Source of the DNA: Porticoccaceae bacterium
GTDB taxonomy: Bacteria; Pseudomonadota; Gammaproteobacteria; Pseudomonadales; Porticoccaceae
DNA length: 64,000 nucleotides
Assembly: GCA_024644585.1 (NCBI GenBank)
Contig: JAHEHM010000066.1
Span: 16,479 to 80,478, forward strand
Reading direction: 5' to 3'
This document shows, piece by piece, positions 48,772-60,143 of the stretch. The position numbers and the translations under genes are program-made. Numbering within the stretch: the stretch's first letter is position 1; every line of letters begins with the position of its first letter. Under the pieces are notes generated by a model. The model saw only the letters and a list, made by a program, of their open reading frames with translations. It was not told the origin of the DNA and made no database searches.

Positions 48772-49512
48772 TTAAAGCCGTAAATCTTCTGGATTAAATA
48801 ACACTTTTACTGATCTAAAGTACTGCTCAAAAATTCGTGGCTCCATCGACTGCAACTCAGAGAAAGGCGCTGCCTTGAAAGCCGCCTGCTCTACTGAGCG
48901 ATCAAATGCAACATCACCACTGGATTGCAAAATCTTTACTCCTACTATTCGACCCGTAGGCACCAGCCTTAGTTCAATTAATGTTTGCATGCCCAGTCTA
49001 GCACTTGGAGGTCGACTCCAACTTTGGCTTAAGCGACCCTGTATTATCTGCAAATAACTACTGGCAGACTGCTTTTCTTGCTCGGCGATTTCAGCTTCTT
49101 GCTCTTGTCGCAATTTTTCATCTAATGCTGCCTGTTTTCGCGCACGCTCTTGCTCTAATTCCCGCTGCCTCTGCTCACGCTTTTGGCGGAGTGCTTCTTG
49201 CTGACGGAGCTTTTCAAGGCGCTTAGCTTCTCGCTCAGAAATACGCTGTTGCTCAAGACGCTTCTGAGCAGCTTTTTTCCTGTCGGCTTCGCGACGCTTT
49301 GCCGCTAGCTCTTTAGCCTTGGAATTACTGGCCTTCTTCTTAGGCTTTTCCTTGGGCTTAAGCTGAATTAATTCAGCCTGAATAAATTGCGGCTGAACCA
49401 CAACATCTTTACTTTGTGATGGCCAATCAATCAAAAAAGCTGTCACCACTAAAAGATGCAGCCCTATACTGAATATAACCGCCGTTATATAACCCGAACG
49501 CCAGCCAATCAT
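48772..49512 (-). CDS. tolA: Tol-Pal system protein TolA
   Basis: N-terminal TM, a K/E/A/R/Q-rich helical domain II and a TonB_C-like C-terminus. Confidence 0.85.
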   Translation of the reverse strand: MIGWRSGYITAVIFSIGLHLLVVTAFLIDWPSQSKDVVVQPQFIQAELIQLKPKEKPKKKASNSKAKELAAKRREADRKKAAQKRLEQQRISEREAKRLEKLRQQEALRQKREQRQRELEQERARKQAALDEKLRQEQEAEIAEQEKQSASSYLQIIQGRLSQSWSRPPSARLGMQTLIELRLVPTGRIVGVKILQSSGDVAFDRSVEQAAFKAAPFSELQSMEPRIFEQYFRSVKVLFNPEDLRL

Positions 49513-49934
49513 TGTGATGCTGAGGGCTCTGTAACTAATCCAACCGAGGGTGCGCCGGCTATTTGAAGCTGGCTCATCAAATCGACAACTGAGCCATAAT
49601 CAACCGCGGTATCTCCCCACACTAGCACCGGTGTATTGGGTTTTTGACGCAGTACTTTTGCAACTCTATCTTTAATAAATGATAGGCTATTGGCAATATT
49701 AGTGCCGTTTTCGTCAATCCAATAGGTACCATCAGACTTGATGGAAATAATTAATGGATCCTGCTTTTGCTTGTCTAGAGGTGCTGAATTTGCCGCTGGC
49801 AATTCAACTTTCACGCCCTGCATTAACAGTGGCGCGGTAATCATAAACACAACCAACAAAACCAGCATGACATCAATGTAGGGAACCACATTGATTTCGG
49901 CGACTAGCTTGCGTTTTGTTCGTTTATTTTTCAC
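49509..49934 (-). CDS. tolR: Tol-Pal system protein TolR (ExbD family)
   Basis: INVVPYIDVMLVLLVVFM motif. Confidence 0.9.
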   Translation of the reverse strand: MKNKRTKRKLVAEINVVPYIDVMLVLLVVFMITAPLLMQGVKVELPAANSAPLDKQKQDPLIISIKSDGTYWIDENGTNIANSLSFIKDRVAKVLRQKPNTPVLVWGDTAVDYGSVVDLMSQLQIAGAPSVGLVTEPSASQ

Positions 49935-49957
49935 TCTAGGGATTCTCTCAATTTGCC

Positions 49958-50647
49958 TTATTTAGAATGAACCTGACGATGCAAAATACTTGAAAACTCT
50001 TCAGCAAATGTTTCATAACTTGCATTCATGGTTTCAACTTGCGCCGCATATCGGTTATAAGCCAGTACCGCTGGAATGGCCGCAAACAGACCCATAGCGG
50101 TTGCGATTAATGCTTCTGATATCCCAGGCGCCACAGTAGCCAGAGTTGCCTGCTGAACCATAGCCAACCCTCTAAACGAATTCATAATTCCCCATACCGT
50201 GCCAAATAGACCTATGTAGGGGCTGACTGAGGCTACGCTAGCAAGAAAAGGTAAATGAGTACTCAGCGCTTCTTCTTCTCTTGAGAGTGCCACTCGCATG
50301 GCGCGATCTGTTCCTTCCATAACCGCCTCTGGGTCTGCACTCTGGCCATCAGTTAAGCGCGTAAACTCTCTAAATCCGGCTCGGAATACATTCTCTATAC
50401 CCTGATTACCACCATTTTCTTGAGCCTCTTGGGATAACTCATCATAAAGGTTGTTTAGGTCGACGCCTGACCAGAAGGTATCTTCAAAATGCTTAAAACT
50501 GTTCTCAGCATTGCGCAGGTATATGCCGCGCTGAACAATCATAATCCATGAGATAACCGAGGCAACAAATAGCAGCAACATCACCAACTGAACTAACACG
50601 CTGGCATTGAGAATTAGCGATAATATTGATAGATTTTCTTCACTCAC
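49958..50647 (-). CDS. tolQ: Tol-Pal system protein TolQ (MotA/ExbB family)
   Basis: Three TM helices and the conserved SPYIGLFGTVWGIM. Confidence 0.9.
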   Translation of the reverse strand: MSEENLSILSLILNASVLVQLVMLLLFVASVISWIMIVQRGIYLRNAENSFKHFEDTFWSGVDLNNLYDELSQEAQENGGNQGIENVFRAGFREFTRLTDGQSADPEAVMEGTDRAMRVALSREEEALSTHLPFLASVASVSPYIGLFGTVWGIMNSFRGLAMVQQATLATVAPGISEALIATAMGLFAAIPAVLAYNRYAAQVETMNASYETFAEEFSSILHRQVHSK

Positions 50648-50663
50648 AATAGCGGCTCCAACC

Positions 50664-51074
50664 TTAATTATAGTTACTTAATGTGGCATATATTTCTTTT
50701 GGCATTGCCAATGGGCGTTTCGTTTCACTATTTATACAGGCAACTTTGACCTTGCCTTCGACCAAAATATCCCCATCGCGGGAAACATTTTGATGCATTT
50801 CAAAACTTGCCTTTGATAGTTTGCTTAAACCTGCAGAGACATCGAGCAGGTCATCTAAGACCGCTGGCTTTTGATAAACCAACTCAACACTGCGAACAAC
50901 AAACTGTAGGCTATCAAACAGAGCCGGTTTGTTATAACCCAAGCTCCTTAAAAACTCTGTGCGCGCTCTTTCCATATATTTAAGATAGTTGGCATAGAAC
51001 ACAATACCACCGGCATCGGTATCCTCAACATAGACTCTGACCTGATGATTAAACACCGACGACATCTTATTCAC
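50664..51074 (-). CDS. ybgC: Tol-Pal-associated acyl-CoA thioesterase YbgC
   Basis: [28 protein letters not shown] hotdog motif. Overlaps the ruvB stop by 8 nt. Confidence 0.9.
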   Translation of the reverse strand: MNKMSSVFNHQVRVYVEDTDAGGIVFYANYLKYMERARTEFLRSLGYNKPALFDSLQFVVRSVELVYQKPAVLDDLLDVSAGLSKLSKASFEMHQNVSRDGDILVEGKVKVACINSETKRPLAMPKEIYATLSNYN

Positions 51075-52104
51075 TCAATCCATCGAGCTGTTCTTGCAAG
51101 CGCTTGGGACTGGGTAGGCCAAAATGCTCATAGGCCATGCGTGTAGCGATTCGACCTCTTGAGGTTCTCATTAAAAAGCCCTGTTGAATTAAATAGGGTT
51201 CAAGAACATCTTCAATGGTTCCGCGCTCTTCGCTAATAGCCGCGGCAAGACTGTCTACTCCTGCTGGGCCACCATCAAATTTTTCCATTAAGGTCAGTAA
51301 CAGCCTTCTATCTAAATGATCAAAACCATTTTTATCTACATTGAGCATATTGAGGGCTGCATCGGCAACTTCAGAGGTCACCTTGCCATCCGCTTTTACC
51401 TCAGCATAGTCTCTGACTCGCCTAAGCAGGCGATTGGCAATTCTTGGGGTACCTCTTGATCGGCAGGCAATTTCCTTTGCGCCTGCGGCATCTATGGGCA
51501 CATTGAGTATATCGCCGGCACGGGAAACTATTTTTGCCAGATCTTCGATCGAATAAAATTCAAGACGCTGAACAATTCCGAATCTATCGCGTAGCGGCGA
51601 AGTCAACAGTCCCGCTCTAGTGGTAGCACCCACCAGAGTAAACGGCGGTAAATCTAGTTTGATTGAGCGCGCAGCCGGGCCCTCACCAATCACAATATCA
51701 AGCTGATAATCTTCAAGTGCTGGATAGAGTATTTCTTCAACCACGGGGCTTAAGCGATGTATCTCGTCGATAAATAACACATCACCTTCTTCAAGGTTAG
51801 TGAGTAGCGCAGCTAGGTCGCCGGCTTTTTCTAACACAGGGCCAGAGGTGGTTTTAAGATCAACTTCCATCTCGTTGGCAATAATATGTGCAAGGGTGGT
51901 TTTACCAAGGCCTGGAGGCCCAAAAACCAAACAGTGGTCCAGTGGTTCGTTGCGCTTGCGAGCAGCCTCAATAAAGATATTTAACTGCTCTTTAACCACC
52001 GGCTGACCCACATAGTCAGCCAGTGTTATTGGCCGCAGGGCGCGGTCAAAACGCTCCTCAGTGGAGGTTGGGACTGCTGAAATAAGTCGATCGGGTTCAA
52101 TCAT
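51067..52104 (-). CDS. ruvB: Holliday junction branch migration ATPase RuvB
   Basis: [11 protein letters not shown] Walker A and LFIDEIHRL Walker B. Confidence 0.95.
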   Translation of the reverse strand: MIEPDRLISAVPTSTEERFDRALRPITLADYVGQPVVKEQLNIFIEAARKRNEPLDHCLVFGPPGLGKTTLAHIIANEMEVDLKTTSGPVLEKAGDLAALLTNLEEGDVLFIDEIHRLSPVVEEILYPALEDYQLDIVIGEGPAARSIKLDLPPFTLVGATTRAGLLTSPLRDRFGIVQRLEFYSIEDLAKIVSRAGDILNVPIDAAGAKEIACRSRGTPRIANRLLRRVRDYAEVKADGKVTSEVADAALNMLNVDKNGFDHLDRRLLLTLMEKFDGGPAGVDSLAAAISEERGTIEDVLEPYLIQQGFLMRTSRGRIATRMAYEHFGLPSPKRLQEQLDGLSE

Positions 52105-52186
52105 TAGTCACTGCCTAAAGTATTAGTACAAGGATACAGGTCTGTGGGTAAATTTACACTAGTGAAATGACTAATAGGCACCCTAT

Positions 52187-52777
52187 TTACACCATAGATT
52201 TTAATGCTGCACGGATCAATTGCTCAGCATTGGTAATATGTTCACCGGCAACACGATTAACCATTTTTGCCGCATCCTGAGGTCGATATCCCAGCGCAGT
52301 AAGAGCGCTTTCTGCCTCTAAACTAATATCTTCTGCCACGGGCTCTGAGGTATCAACAGAGATATCACCGATAATTTGGGTGATTTTATCGCGCATTTCA
52401 ATCAATAGCCGTTCAGCAGTCTTTTTACCCACCCCTGGAATTTTCACCAAGGTGGCGACTTCGTCTTTTTGCACACAGCGCGCGAATTCTGCAACCGACA
52501 TGCCCGACAATATGGCTAAGGCCATTTTCGGCCCTACACCATTAACTTTAATAAGCTGTCTAAATAATGTTCTTTCTTCAATTTGAGCGAAACCATATAG
52601 TTGCTGTGCATCTTCACGCACCACAAAATGGGTATGCAGGGTTACCACCTGCCCAACATCGGGTATATCAAAAAACGTATTCAATGGAACTAGCAATTCA
52701 TAGCCCACGCCCTGTACATCCAGCAATAAATCCGGCGCTTGCTTGCTTAGAACCTGTCCCTTAAGTCGTCCGATCAT
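52187..52777 (-). CDS. ruvA: Holliday junction DNA helicase subunit RuvA
   Basis: MIGRLKG...GVGYEL... plus HhH motifs (VNGVGPKMAL; IPGVGKKTAERL). Confidence 0.95.
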   Translation of the reverse strand: MIGRLKGQVLSKQAPDLLLDVQGVGYELLVPLNTFFDIPDVGQVVTLHTHFVVREDAQQLYGFAQIEERTLFRQLIKVNGVGPKMALAILSGMSVAEFARCVQKDEVATLVKIPGVGKKTAERLLIEMRDKITQIIGDISVDTSEPVAEDISLEAESALTALGYRPQDAAKMVNRVAGEHITNAEQLIRAALKSMV

Positions 52778-52809
52778 AGTCGATCTACCCTTTTAAGTGT
52801 TTTATTAGT

Positions 52810-53334
52810 TTATTTTAGCCTACCGCGAGAATAGCCTTTTACGCCAGCTCCCGCCATGATGTTTTGCGTGCGCATACTATGCCCATGACAAATTGCCACC
52901 GCCAGGGCATCTGCGGCGTCCTCAGAGGGCTCACCTGGCAACTTAAGCAAGGAGGTCACCATCATCTGCACCTGCTTCTTATCGGCGGCACCGGTGCCCA
53001 CAACGGCTAACTTTATACTTCGAGGAGAATATTCTGAAACCGGCAATTGAGCATTTGTGCCCGATAAAATTGCTGCACCTCTCGCCTGCCCCAGTTTAAG
53101 TGCCGAGCCGGGATTACGAGCAAGAAAGACATCCTCAATTCCCATAACCTGTGGCTTATATTCTTCAATTAACTGACTGAGGCCATCAAAAATAAGCTGT
53201 AACCTTTCGGGCAATGTGCCTTTTGGCATGCGAATAATCCCACTGGTCACGTAATTCATCTTGGCACCCGTCATATCAACAATTCCATAGCCGGTTCGCC
53301 GTGATCCTGGATCTATTCCTATAATTCTTATCAT
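52810..53334 (-). CDS. ruvC: Crossover junction endodeoxyribonuclease RuvC
   Basis: IIGIDPGSRRTGYG and DAADALAVAICH motifs. Confidence 0.95.
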   Translation of the reverse strand: MIRIIGIDPGSRRTGYGIVDMTGAKMNYVTSGIIRMPKGTLPERLQLIFDGLSQLIEEYKPQVMGIEDVFLARNPGSALKLGQARGAAILSGTNAQLPVSEYSPRSIKLAVVGTGAADKKQVQMMVTSLLKLPGEPSEDAADALAVAICHGHSMRTQNIMAGAGVKGYSRGRLK

Positions 53335-53394
53335 TTGCAGTTTTATCAGTAATTATTGCTTTAGTGTTGCAATCTACGCTGTTTGAGTCAACCA

Positions 53395-53422
53395 CAAAAA
53401 AGCCCCCAGTGTGAGTGGAGGC
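53395..53422 (-). terminator. Rho-independent terminator after the repeat-protein gene
   Basis: The minus strand reads GCCTCCA-CTCACAC-TGGGGGC followed by TTTTTT. Confidence 0.6.
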
Positions 53423-53452
53423 TTTTTACTCAAAAGAGCGCTTAACCTAAGG

Positions 53453-54067
53453 TTAATCTTTCTTAGGAGCGGCTTTTGCCTTGGCTTTAGCTTTTGGAGC
53501 AGCCTTAGCTTTAGCTTTTGCCTTAGGAGCAGCCTTAGCTTTTGCTTTAGGTGCAGCTTTAGCTTTCGCCTTTGGAGCTGCCTTGGCCTTTGCTTTTGCC
53601 TTCGCTTTTGGCTTTGGTGCTTCCTCTGCAGGAGCCTCTTCAGCAGGCGCTTCTTCAGCAGGAGCCTCTTCGGCAGGTGCTTCTGCTACTGGTGCTTCCT
53701 CTGCAGGAGCCTCTTCAGCAGGTGCTTCTGCTACTGGTGCTTCCTCTGCAGGAGCCTCTTCAGCAGGTGCTTCTGCTACTGGTGCTTCCTCTGCAGGAGC
53801 CTCTTCAACAGGAGCCTCTTCAACAGGAGCCTCTTCAACAGGAGCCTCTACTACTGGCGCTTCTTCTACTGGCGCTGCAACCGCTTCTGGCTCCGGCTCT
53901 TGTGGAGCTGGCGCAGGCGGAACAAATGCCTTAATTAGTTTTTCTGCTAATAAAATTTTAACTTTTTCATCAGCGTTTACCCAATTTTTATCAGCACCCT
54001 TAACCGCGTATCGGCCTGAGGATTTTTGATAAACTACGTAGTCTTTGGTTTTTTTAATAACTTTCAT
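53453..54067 (-). CDS. Repetitive charge-block protein: ~50-aa globular N-terminus, acidic (E/A/P/V) repeats, then a basic K/A/P histone-H1/AlgP-like tail
   Basis: 204 aa containing (EAPAEEAPAEEAPVA)n and (KAKAKAAP)n. It is the only frame with a non-repetitive N-terminus (MKVIKKTKDYVVYQKSSGRYAVKG...) and it has a downstream terminator. Confidence 0.7.
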   Translation of the reverse strand: MKVIKKTKDYVVYQKSSGRYAVKGADKNWVNADEKVKILLAEKLIKAFVPPAPAPQEPEPEAVAAPVEEAPVVEAPVEEAPVEEAPVEEAPAEEAPVAEAPAEEAPAEEAPVAEAPAEEAPAEEAPVAEAPAEEAPAEEAPAEEAPAEEAPKPKAKAKAKAKAAPKAKAKAAPKAKAKAAPKAKAKAKAAPKAKAKAKAAPKKD

Positions 54068-54123
54068 CTGTTGTTGCCCCTTTGTGATTACTCGTTTAAG
54101 TTTATTGTTGTATTAAAATGCAG

Positions 54124-54870
54124 CTATACAAGCTGCTCCATTATTTCGCCAGAAATATCAGCATTGGTGTATACGTTTTGTACATCATCCAAATCTTCTA
54201 AGCTATCAATCATTGCTAGTAATTTCTCAGCGGCATCCTTATCCATTGGCACTTCGATGTCTGCAATCATAGTAACCTCAGCATGCGCCGGAGTAAATCC
54301 AGCACCAACCAGAGCATCTTTAACCTGCAGAAAATCTTCAAATGATGTCTCTACATCTAAAGATCCATCATCATGTGACTTAATATCTTCAGCGCCTGAC
54401 TCGAGCGCCACATCCATCAGCGCGTCTTCATCAACCCCTGGGCCATAGCTAATCTGACCAATTCTGTTAAACAGATAGGCAACTGAACCGTCAGTCCCTA
54501 GATTACCGCCACGTTTGGCAAATGCATGACGAACCTCACCTACTGTTCTGTTGCGATTATCAGTCATACATTCGACCAAAACGGCAACGCCACCCGGCGC
54601 ATAGCCTTCATAGGTGATTTCGTCATAATTCTCACCCTCACCTGCGCCAGCACCCCGAGCAATCGCCTTATCAATTGTGTCGCGCTTCATATTAGCGCCA
54701 AGGGCCTTATCCACCCCTGCTCTCAGCCGAGGATTGTCCTCAGGGTTTGGACCGCCGGCTTTTGCCGCAACAACCAACTCACGAATTAACTTGGTAAATA
54801 CTTTGCCACGCTTTGCATCCTGAGCTGCTTTGCGGTGCTTAATATTGGCCCATTTACTATGACCTGCCAT
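54124..54870 (-). CDS. yebC: YebC/PmpR-family DNA-binding transcriptional regulator
   Basis: [24 protein letters not shown]-terminus. Confidence 0.95.
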   Translation of the reverse strand: MAGHSKWANIKHRKAAQDAKRGKVFTKLIRELVVAAKAGGPNPEDNPRLRAGVDKALGANMKRDTIDKAIARGAGAGEGENYDEITYEGYAPGGVAVLVECMTDNRNRTVGEVRHAFAKRGGNLGTDGSVAYLFNRIGQISYGPGVDEDALMDVALESGAEDIKSHDDGSLDVETSFEDFLQVKDALVGAGFTPAHAEVTMIADIEVPMDKDAAEKLLAMIDSLEDLDDVQNVYTNADISGEIMEQLV

Positions 54871-54894
54871 ATCCTATCTCCAAACTACTAGCTT

Positions 54895-56673
54895 TTAGCT
54901 AGCTTGATTCTCTTTATTTCTTAGCTTTATATTGAGATCTCGTAATTGCGCTGCCTCAACGGTGCCTGGTGCGTCTGTCATTAAACAGGCTGCCGACTGT
55001 GTTTTAGGGAAGGCAATCACGTCGCGAATCGAATCAGCGCCTACCATCAACATAATTAATCGATCTAAACCAAACGCAAGACCACCATGGGGTGGAGCGC
55101 CATATTGAAGCGCATCCAATAGGAAGCCAAATTTCTCTTGTTGCTCAGCTTCGCCTATGCCTAACACATCAAACACAACTTCTTGCATTTTTTGATCATG
55201 GATACGAATAGACCCACCCCCTAACTCTACGCCGTTTAGTACCATATCATAGGCACGAGACAAAGCGTCTTTTGGGTTGTCCTTAAGCGCTTGCGCATCA
55301 CATGATGGCGCAGTGAACGGGTGATGCAATGGTGTGAGCGCACCGCTGTCGGTAGTTTCAAACATCGGGAAGTCGACAACCCACATTGGCGCCCAGTCAC
55401 AGGTATAAAGATTGAGATCTTCACCAATCTTGCAACGTAACGCACCCAAGGCCTCAGAAACCACATTTGATTTATCAGCGCCAAAGAATACGATATCACC
55501 ATTTTTAGCACCCAAACGCTGCATAATATTCATGGTAACTTCATCGCCCAAAAATTTAATAATCGGCGACTGTAGACCTTCAATACCAGTCTCTATGGCA
55601 TTAACTTTGATCCATGCCAAGCCTTTGGCACCATAGATACTGACAAATTTAGTGTAATCATCAATCTTCTTACGCGAAATTTCTGAACCACCGGGAACTT
55701 TTAGCGCGGTGACACGACATGCGGGGTCATTGGCTGGCCCAGCGAATACTTTAAATTCGATATCTTTTAGAAGATCTTTAATCTCAACCAGCTCCAGTGG
55801 GATTCTAAGATCTGGTTTATCTGAACCATAGCGATGCATTGCATCGGCATAGGTCATGCGAGGAAAAGTATCAAACTTAACCCCTTTATGCTCAGCAAAT
55901 ATGTTGCTAATCATGGTTTCAGTGACTGACATAATTTCCTCTTCATCAATAAAAGAGGCCTCAATATCAATCTGAGTAAATTCTGGCTGACGATCCGCTC
56001 TCAGATCTTCGTCTCTAAAACATTTGGCAATCTGATAGTAGCGATCAAATCCAGCAACCATGAGTAGCTGCTTAAACAGCTGAGGAGACTGAGGCATAGC
56101 GAAGAATTGCCCAGGATGAGTTCGCGATGGAATTAAATAATCGCGCGCACCCTCTGGAGTAGCTCGAGTCATAATCGGTGTTTCAATATCCAAGAAACCT
56201 AATTCGTCGAGGTAGTTGCGAATCGAATTGGTGATTTTTGAACGAAAACGCAGACTGTTTTGCATTTCGGTTCGACGCAAATCCATGTAGCGATACTTAA
56301 GGCGAACATCTTCACCGACGGTAATATGTTCATCCATTTGGAATGGCGGTGTAGTGGCACTATTAAGAATTTCTAACTGCGTACCATAGACCTCGATTTC
56401 ACCGGTGGCCATGTTTGGGTTGACTGTAGCTTCACTACGCGCTCTTACTTTACCGGTCACTTGCAGTACATATTCCGAACGCACACGGTCAGCTTGCTCA
56501 AAGAAATCACCCGCATCTGGATCAAACACTACCTGAACGATTCCCTCACGATCTCGCAAGTCCAAGAAAATGACTCCACCATGATCGCGACGGCGATCTA
56601 CCCATCCGTAGAGGGTAACCTCTTGATCAAGATTTGCCGTGGTGACCAGGCCGCAGTAGGTTGTTCTTTGCAT
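54895..56673 (-). CDS. aspS: Aspartate--tRNA ligase
   Basis: 592 aa with class II motifs ([18 protein letters not shown]; GGLAFGLDR). Confidence 0.95.
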   Translation of the reverse strand: MQRTTYCGLVTTANLDQEVTLYGWVDRRRDHGGVIFLDLRDREGIVQVVFDPDAGDFFEQADRVRSEYVLQVTGKVRARSEATVNPNMATGEIEVYGTQLEILNSATTPPFQMDEHITVGEDVRLKYRYMDLRRTEMQNSLRFRSKITNSIRNYLDELGFLDIETPIMTRATPEGARDYLIPSRTHPGQFFAMPQSPQLFKQLLMVAGFDRYYQIAKCFRDEDLRADRQPEFTQIDIEASFIDEEEIMSVTETMISNIFAEHKGVKFDTFPRMTYADAMHRYGSDKPDLRIPLELVEIKDLLKDIEFKVFAGPANDPACRVTALKVPGGSEISRKKIDDYTKFVSIYGAKGLAWIKVNAIETGIEGLQSPIIKFLGDEVTMNIMQRLGAKNGDIVFFGADKSNVVSEALGALRCKIGEDLNLYTCDWAPMWVVDFPMFETTDSGALTPLHHPFTAPSCDAQALKDNPKDALSRAYDMVLNGVELGGGSIRIHDQKMQEVVFDVLGIGEAEQQEKFGFLLDALQYGAPPHGGLAFGLDRLIMLMVGADSIRDVIAFPKTQSAACLMTDAPGTVEAAQLRDLNIKLRNKENQAS

Positions 56674-56732
56674 TAGTTTTTAATCCTTTTAATAATTTAC
56701 TACTTCGCTTTTGCTATAACTGGTTAACAACT

Positions 56733-56957
56733 CTAGCTATCGCTATTTGAGTCGCTGCTTAAATTCTTCTTTTTTGAACCCTTAAAATCGGTTTCATACC
56801 ATCCGCTACCACTGAGTCTAAACCCAGATGCGGAAATTATTTTTTTTAATGTTGGTTGCTGGCAAGCTGAGCATTCTGTGAGTGGCTCATCACTTATCTT
56901 TTGCAAAGCTTCCTGTTTATGCCCGCAGGCTTCGCAGTGATATTCATATATAGGCAT
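56733..56957 (-). CDS. FmdB-family zinc-ribbon protein
   Basis: MPIYEYHCEACGH...CSACQ (CxxC...CxxC). The start is moved to the internal ATG at 56957, because the ORF-track N-terminal extension lacks family features. Confidence 0.75.
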   Translation of the reverse strand: MPIYEYHCEACGHKQEALQKISDEPLTECSACQQPTLKKIISASGFRLSGSGWYETDFKGSKKKNLSSDSNSDS

Positions 56958-57131
56958 ATTTCTGACCCTTGCTTTGCCCCATTCCCATAAATAAAACCAC
57001 GCATTATACATCAGCACAGCGCTATGGCGAGCATCGAAGGGACATGGTTTCAACTAAATAATTAGCCTAATTACAGAATTAGTCAATTTGACCCGAAAAA
57101 AACACTTTTTTTATACTTAACCCAAGGTTTG

Positions 57132-57548
57132 TTACCTGAATCCTCGATTTTTCAAGCGCTGACGAAGGTTCTCACAGCGGGCACTCAGCATATCGGGATC
57201 ATAGGCATCAGGGCTCGCCGCACCCCATATTGGATTTGGCCAAGCGGGATCAGAATGGTAGCGTGCTATATGGTGAATATGTAGCTGGGGTACAACATTG
57301 CCCAGGGCGGCAATATTGAGTTTATCGGGCGCGAAAAGCTCGGTCATCGCCTGAGACAAAACACAGGATTCGTGCAGTAGTTGCTGCCTATCCTCAGGTT
57401 CAAGCTCAAAGACTTCAGTGATGTTTTCCCGCTTTGGAACCAAAATCAACCAAGGGTAATTTGCATCATGACTTATCAGTAAGAGACTCAGGTCGAACTG
57501 ACCTACCAGCAAACAATCATTATCTAGCCTTTCATGTAATTTAAACAT
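57132..57548 (-). CDS. HIT-family protein
   Basis: Histidine-triad-like VPQLHIHHIARY near the C-terminal third. Confidence 0.7.
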   Translation of the reverse strand: MFKLHERLDNDCLLVGQFDLSLLLISHDANYPWLILVPKRENITEVFELEPEDRQQLLHESCVLSQAMTELFAPDKLNIAALGNVVPQLHIHHIARYHSDPAWPNPIWGAASPDAYDPDMLSARCENLRQRLKNRGFR

Positions 57549-57653
57549 TTTTAACTCATTGCCCCTTATATGGATCTTAGCTCTGTACCACAGCAGCTCA
57601 TCACCGTAGAATAACCCACTGAAAATTTAATTCCATCAAAGTGTAAAAAAATT

Positions 57654-59387
57654 ATGCGTGCTAGCCAATATTTGATTGCCACACAAAAAGAATCTCCTGC
57701 AGATGCAGAAGTTATAAGCCATCAACTGATGTTGCGTGCGGGCATGATCCGCAAGGTTGCCTCTGGCCTGTATTCTTGGCTACCTCTTGGCTTGCGAGTT
57801 TTTCGCAAGGTTGAAAATATTGTGCGCCAAGAAATGGATAAAGCTGGCGCTATGGAACTGTTAATGCCGGTTGTTCAGCCCGCCGATCTTTGGGAGGAAT
57901 CTGGACGCTGGGGGCAATTTGGCCCGGAACTTCTTAGAATTCGTGATAGACATGATCGTGAGTTTTGTCTGGGGCCCACCCATGAGGAAGTGATCACTCA
58001 TTTGGTGCGCAATGAAATCAGTAGTTACAAGCAGCTACCGGCTAATTTCTATCAAATACAAACTAAGTTTCGCGATGAGCGCCGCCCACGCTTTGGGGTC
58101 ATGCGTACCCGCGAGTTTTGCATGAAAGATGCCTATTCTTTTCATAGTAGCAGTGAATCACTGCAAGAAACCTATGACCTGATGTATCAAACCTACAGTA
58201 ATATTTTTGAACGCACTGGCTTGGTATTTCGTGCCGTATTAGCTGACACGGGAAGCATCGGTGGTAGTCATTCCCATGAATTCCATGTTTTAGCCGATTC
58301 CGGTGAAGACGCTATCGTATTCTCTACTGAAAGTGAATTTGCCGCCAATATTGAAAAAGCTGAAGCATTGCCATCAGGCCAATCAGATAATCAAGGCAGT
58401 CAACAGAAGCAGGAAGTAGCAACGCCCAACAGTCGCAGTATTGAGGAGATTTGTTCGCAACTGTCAGTTGACCCGTCGCAAACCGTCAAAACCCTGATTG
58501 TTAGTGTCAAGGATGAAGAGAGTGAAGAAAATCAGAAAAAACTCTACGCACTGGTTGTGCGCGGTGACCATGAGCTAAATGAGGTTAAGGCACAAAAGAT
58601 TCTGGGTGTGGATACAGAATTAACCTTTGCCAGCGAGCAACAAATTAAAGATCAACTTAACTGTTCAGTGGGTTCGCTAGGTCCAGTAAACATAGGTATT
58701 CCTTTGATTGTTGATCATAGCGCGGCGGCTTTAACTGACTTTGTTTGTGGTGCTAACCGAGAGGGTTTCCATCTAACCGGCGTAAACTGGCGATCAGACT
58801 GCAGTATTGAAACTCAAGCAGATATCCGCAATGTCGTGGCCGGCGACCCTAGCCCTGATGGCCAAGGTGTTTTAGAAATCAAACGTGGCATTGAAGTGGG
58901 CCATATCTTCCAGCTGGGCACCAAATACAGTGAAGCAATGAAAGCCACTATCCTTAATGAACAGGGTAAAGAACAGGCAATGACTATGGGCTGTTATGGT
59001 ATTGGCGTCAGCCGAATTGTAGCCGCTGCGATTGAACAGAATCATGATGACAATGGCATTATCTGGCCTGCCGCTATCGCGCCTTTTCAGATTGCATTGG
59101 TACCTATCAACATGCATAAATCAGATAGAGTTAAACAAACCTGTGAGTCTTTGTACTCGGAGCTGACTGAAGCCGGCTTTGATGTGTTATTTATGGATGA
59201 GCAAAAAGCGCGACTGGGCTCTATGCTGGCAGATATTGAACTGATAGGTATTCCCCATCGTTTGGTGATTGGCGAACGCGGTCTTGATGAAGGTAAGGTT
59301 GAGTACCGAGACCGAACTGAAAGCGATAACCAACATATTGATGCCGAAAATTTAATGGCATTTATTACTGGAAAATTAGGCGACTAA
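57654..59387 (+). CDS. proS: Proline--tRNA ligase (bacterial type with INS editing domain)
   Basis: [13 protein letters not shown]...; 577 aa; class II motifs. Confidence 0.95.
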   Translation: MRASQYLIATQKESPADAEVISHQLMLRAGMIRKVASGLYSWLPLGLRVFRKVENIVRQEMDKAGAMELLMPVVQPADLWEESGRWGQFGPELLRIRDRHDREFCLGPTHEEVITHLVRNEISSYKQLPANFYQIQTKFRDERRPRFGVMRTREFCMKDAYSFHSSSESLQETYDLMYQTYSNIFERTGLVFRAVLADTGSIGGSHSHEFHVLADSGEDAIVFSTESEFAANIEKAEALPSGQSDNQGSQQKQEVATPNSRSIEEICSQLSVDPSQTVKTLIVSVKDEESEENQKKLYALVVRGDHELNEVKAQKILGVDTELTFASEQQIKDQLNCSVGSLGPVNIGIPLIVDHSAAALTDFVCGANREGFHLTGVNWRSDCSIETQADIRNVVAGDPSPDGQGVLEIKRGIEVGHIFQLGTKYSEAMKATILNEQGKEQAMTMGCYGIGVSRIVAAAIEQNHDDNGIIWPAAIAPFQIALVPINMHKSDRVKQTCESLYSELTEAGFDVLFMDEQKARLGSMLADIELIGIPHRLVIGERGLDEGKVEYRDRTESDNQHIDAENLMAFITGKLGD

Positions 59388-59411
59388 ACCCTAAAACTGG
59401 GCATAACTACC

Positions 59412-60143
59412 ATGGATCTATTACTAAATTGTGATCTTGGAGAGGCCGCAGGTGGCGATCAATTAGCCACTGAAGCTCAGGTGATGCCCTATATTGACCA
59501 AGCCAACATTGCCTGCGGGTTTCATGCAGGTAATTCACAGACAATGGATCAGACATTAGCACTGGCCAAACAGCATCAGGTGGCAGTGGGCGCCCACCCC
59601 AGCTATCCCGATAAATTTAATTTTGGTCGTCAATCAATGACCATGACATCTCCTGACCTGATTGCCTGTTTAAACTATCAAATAGCTAGCTTAGAAAAGA
59701 ATGCCAAGCGACATGCTATTGATCTGGACTATGTTAAACCTCATGGCGCGCTGTATAACGATATGATGGTGAACGGCCATTTAAGAAGTGCCGTTATGGC
59801 CTCTGTTGCCGATTCGTCTTGCGCGAGCCTAATGCTACAGGCAACCGTTGATCAACAAATCCATCGTCAAGAAGCTGAGATGTTTGGCATTCAGTTGATA
59901 TTTGAGGTGTTTGCAGATCGCGCTTACCAAGATTGCGGGGCTCTGGTTCCTCGCAACCAACCGGGGGCTATTTTAGATAAAGAAAAAATGTTCGCCCAGG
60001 TGTCGCAGTTAATTCATCAGGGCTCGCTGACAACCCTTAGTGGCAACCGGTTAAAACTGGACGCTAACAGTCTTTGCGTTCATGGCGACAATCCACAGGC
60101 AGTCTCGGAAATCAGCCAAATACGCGCTATTATTAAAGCATGA
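59412..60143 (+). CDS. pxpA: 5-oxoprolinase subunit A (LamB/YcsF family)
   Basis: LNCDLGE N-terminus and YVKPHGALYN. Confidence 0.85.
   Translation: MDLLLNCDLGEAAGGDQLATEAQVMPYIDQANIACGFHAGNSQTMDQTLALAKQHQVAVGAHPSYPDKFNFGRQSMTMTSPDLIACLNYQIASLEKNAKRHAIDLDYVKPHGALYNDMMVNGHLRSAVMASVADSSCASLMLQATVDQQIHRQEAEMFGIQLIFEVFADRAYQDCGALVPRNQPGAILDKEKMFAQVSQLIHQGSLTTLSGNRLKLDANSLCVHGDNPQAVSEISQIRAIIKA

Noticed and set aside
53411-54029. Three plus-strand ORFs (175, 182 and 120 aa) across the repeat region
   Set aside because: They are frame artefacts of the 15- and 45-bp repeats, with products entirely low-complexity (S/L/F/C or A/S/G). Only the minus-strand frame has a non-repetitive N-terminus and a terminator.
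54026-54448. 140-aa plus-strand ORF overlapping the yebC 3' half
   Set aside because: It is antisense to a highly conserved gene, with a serine-rich low-complexity translation.
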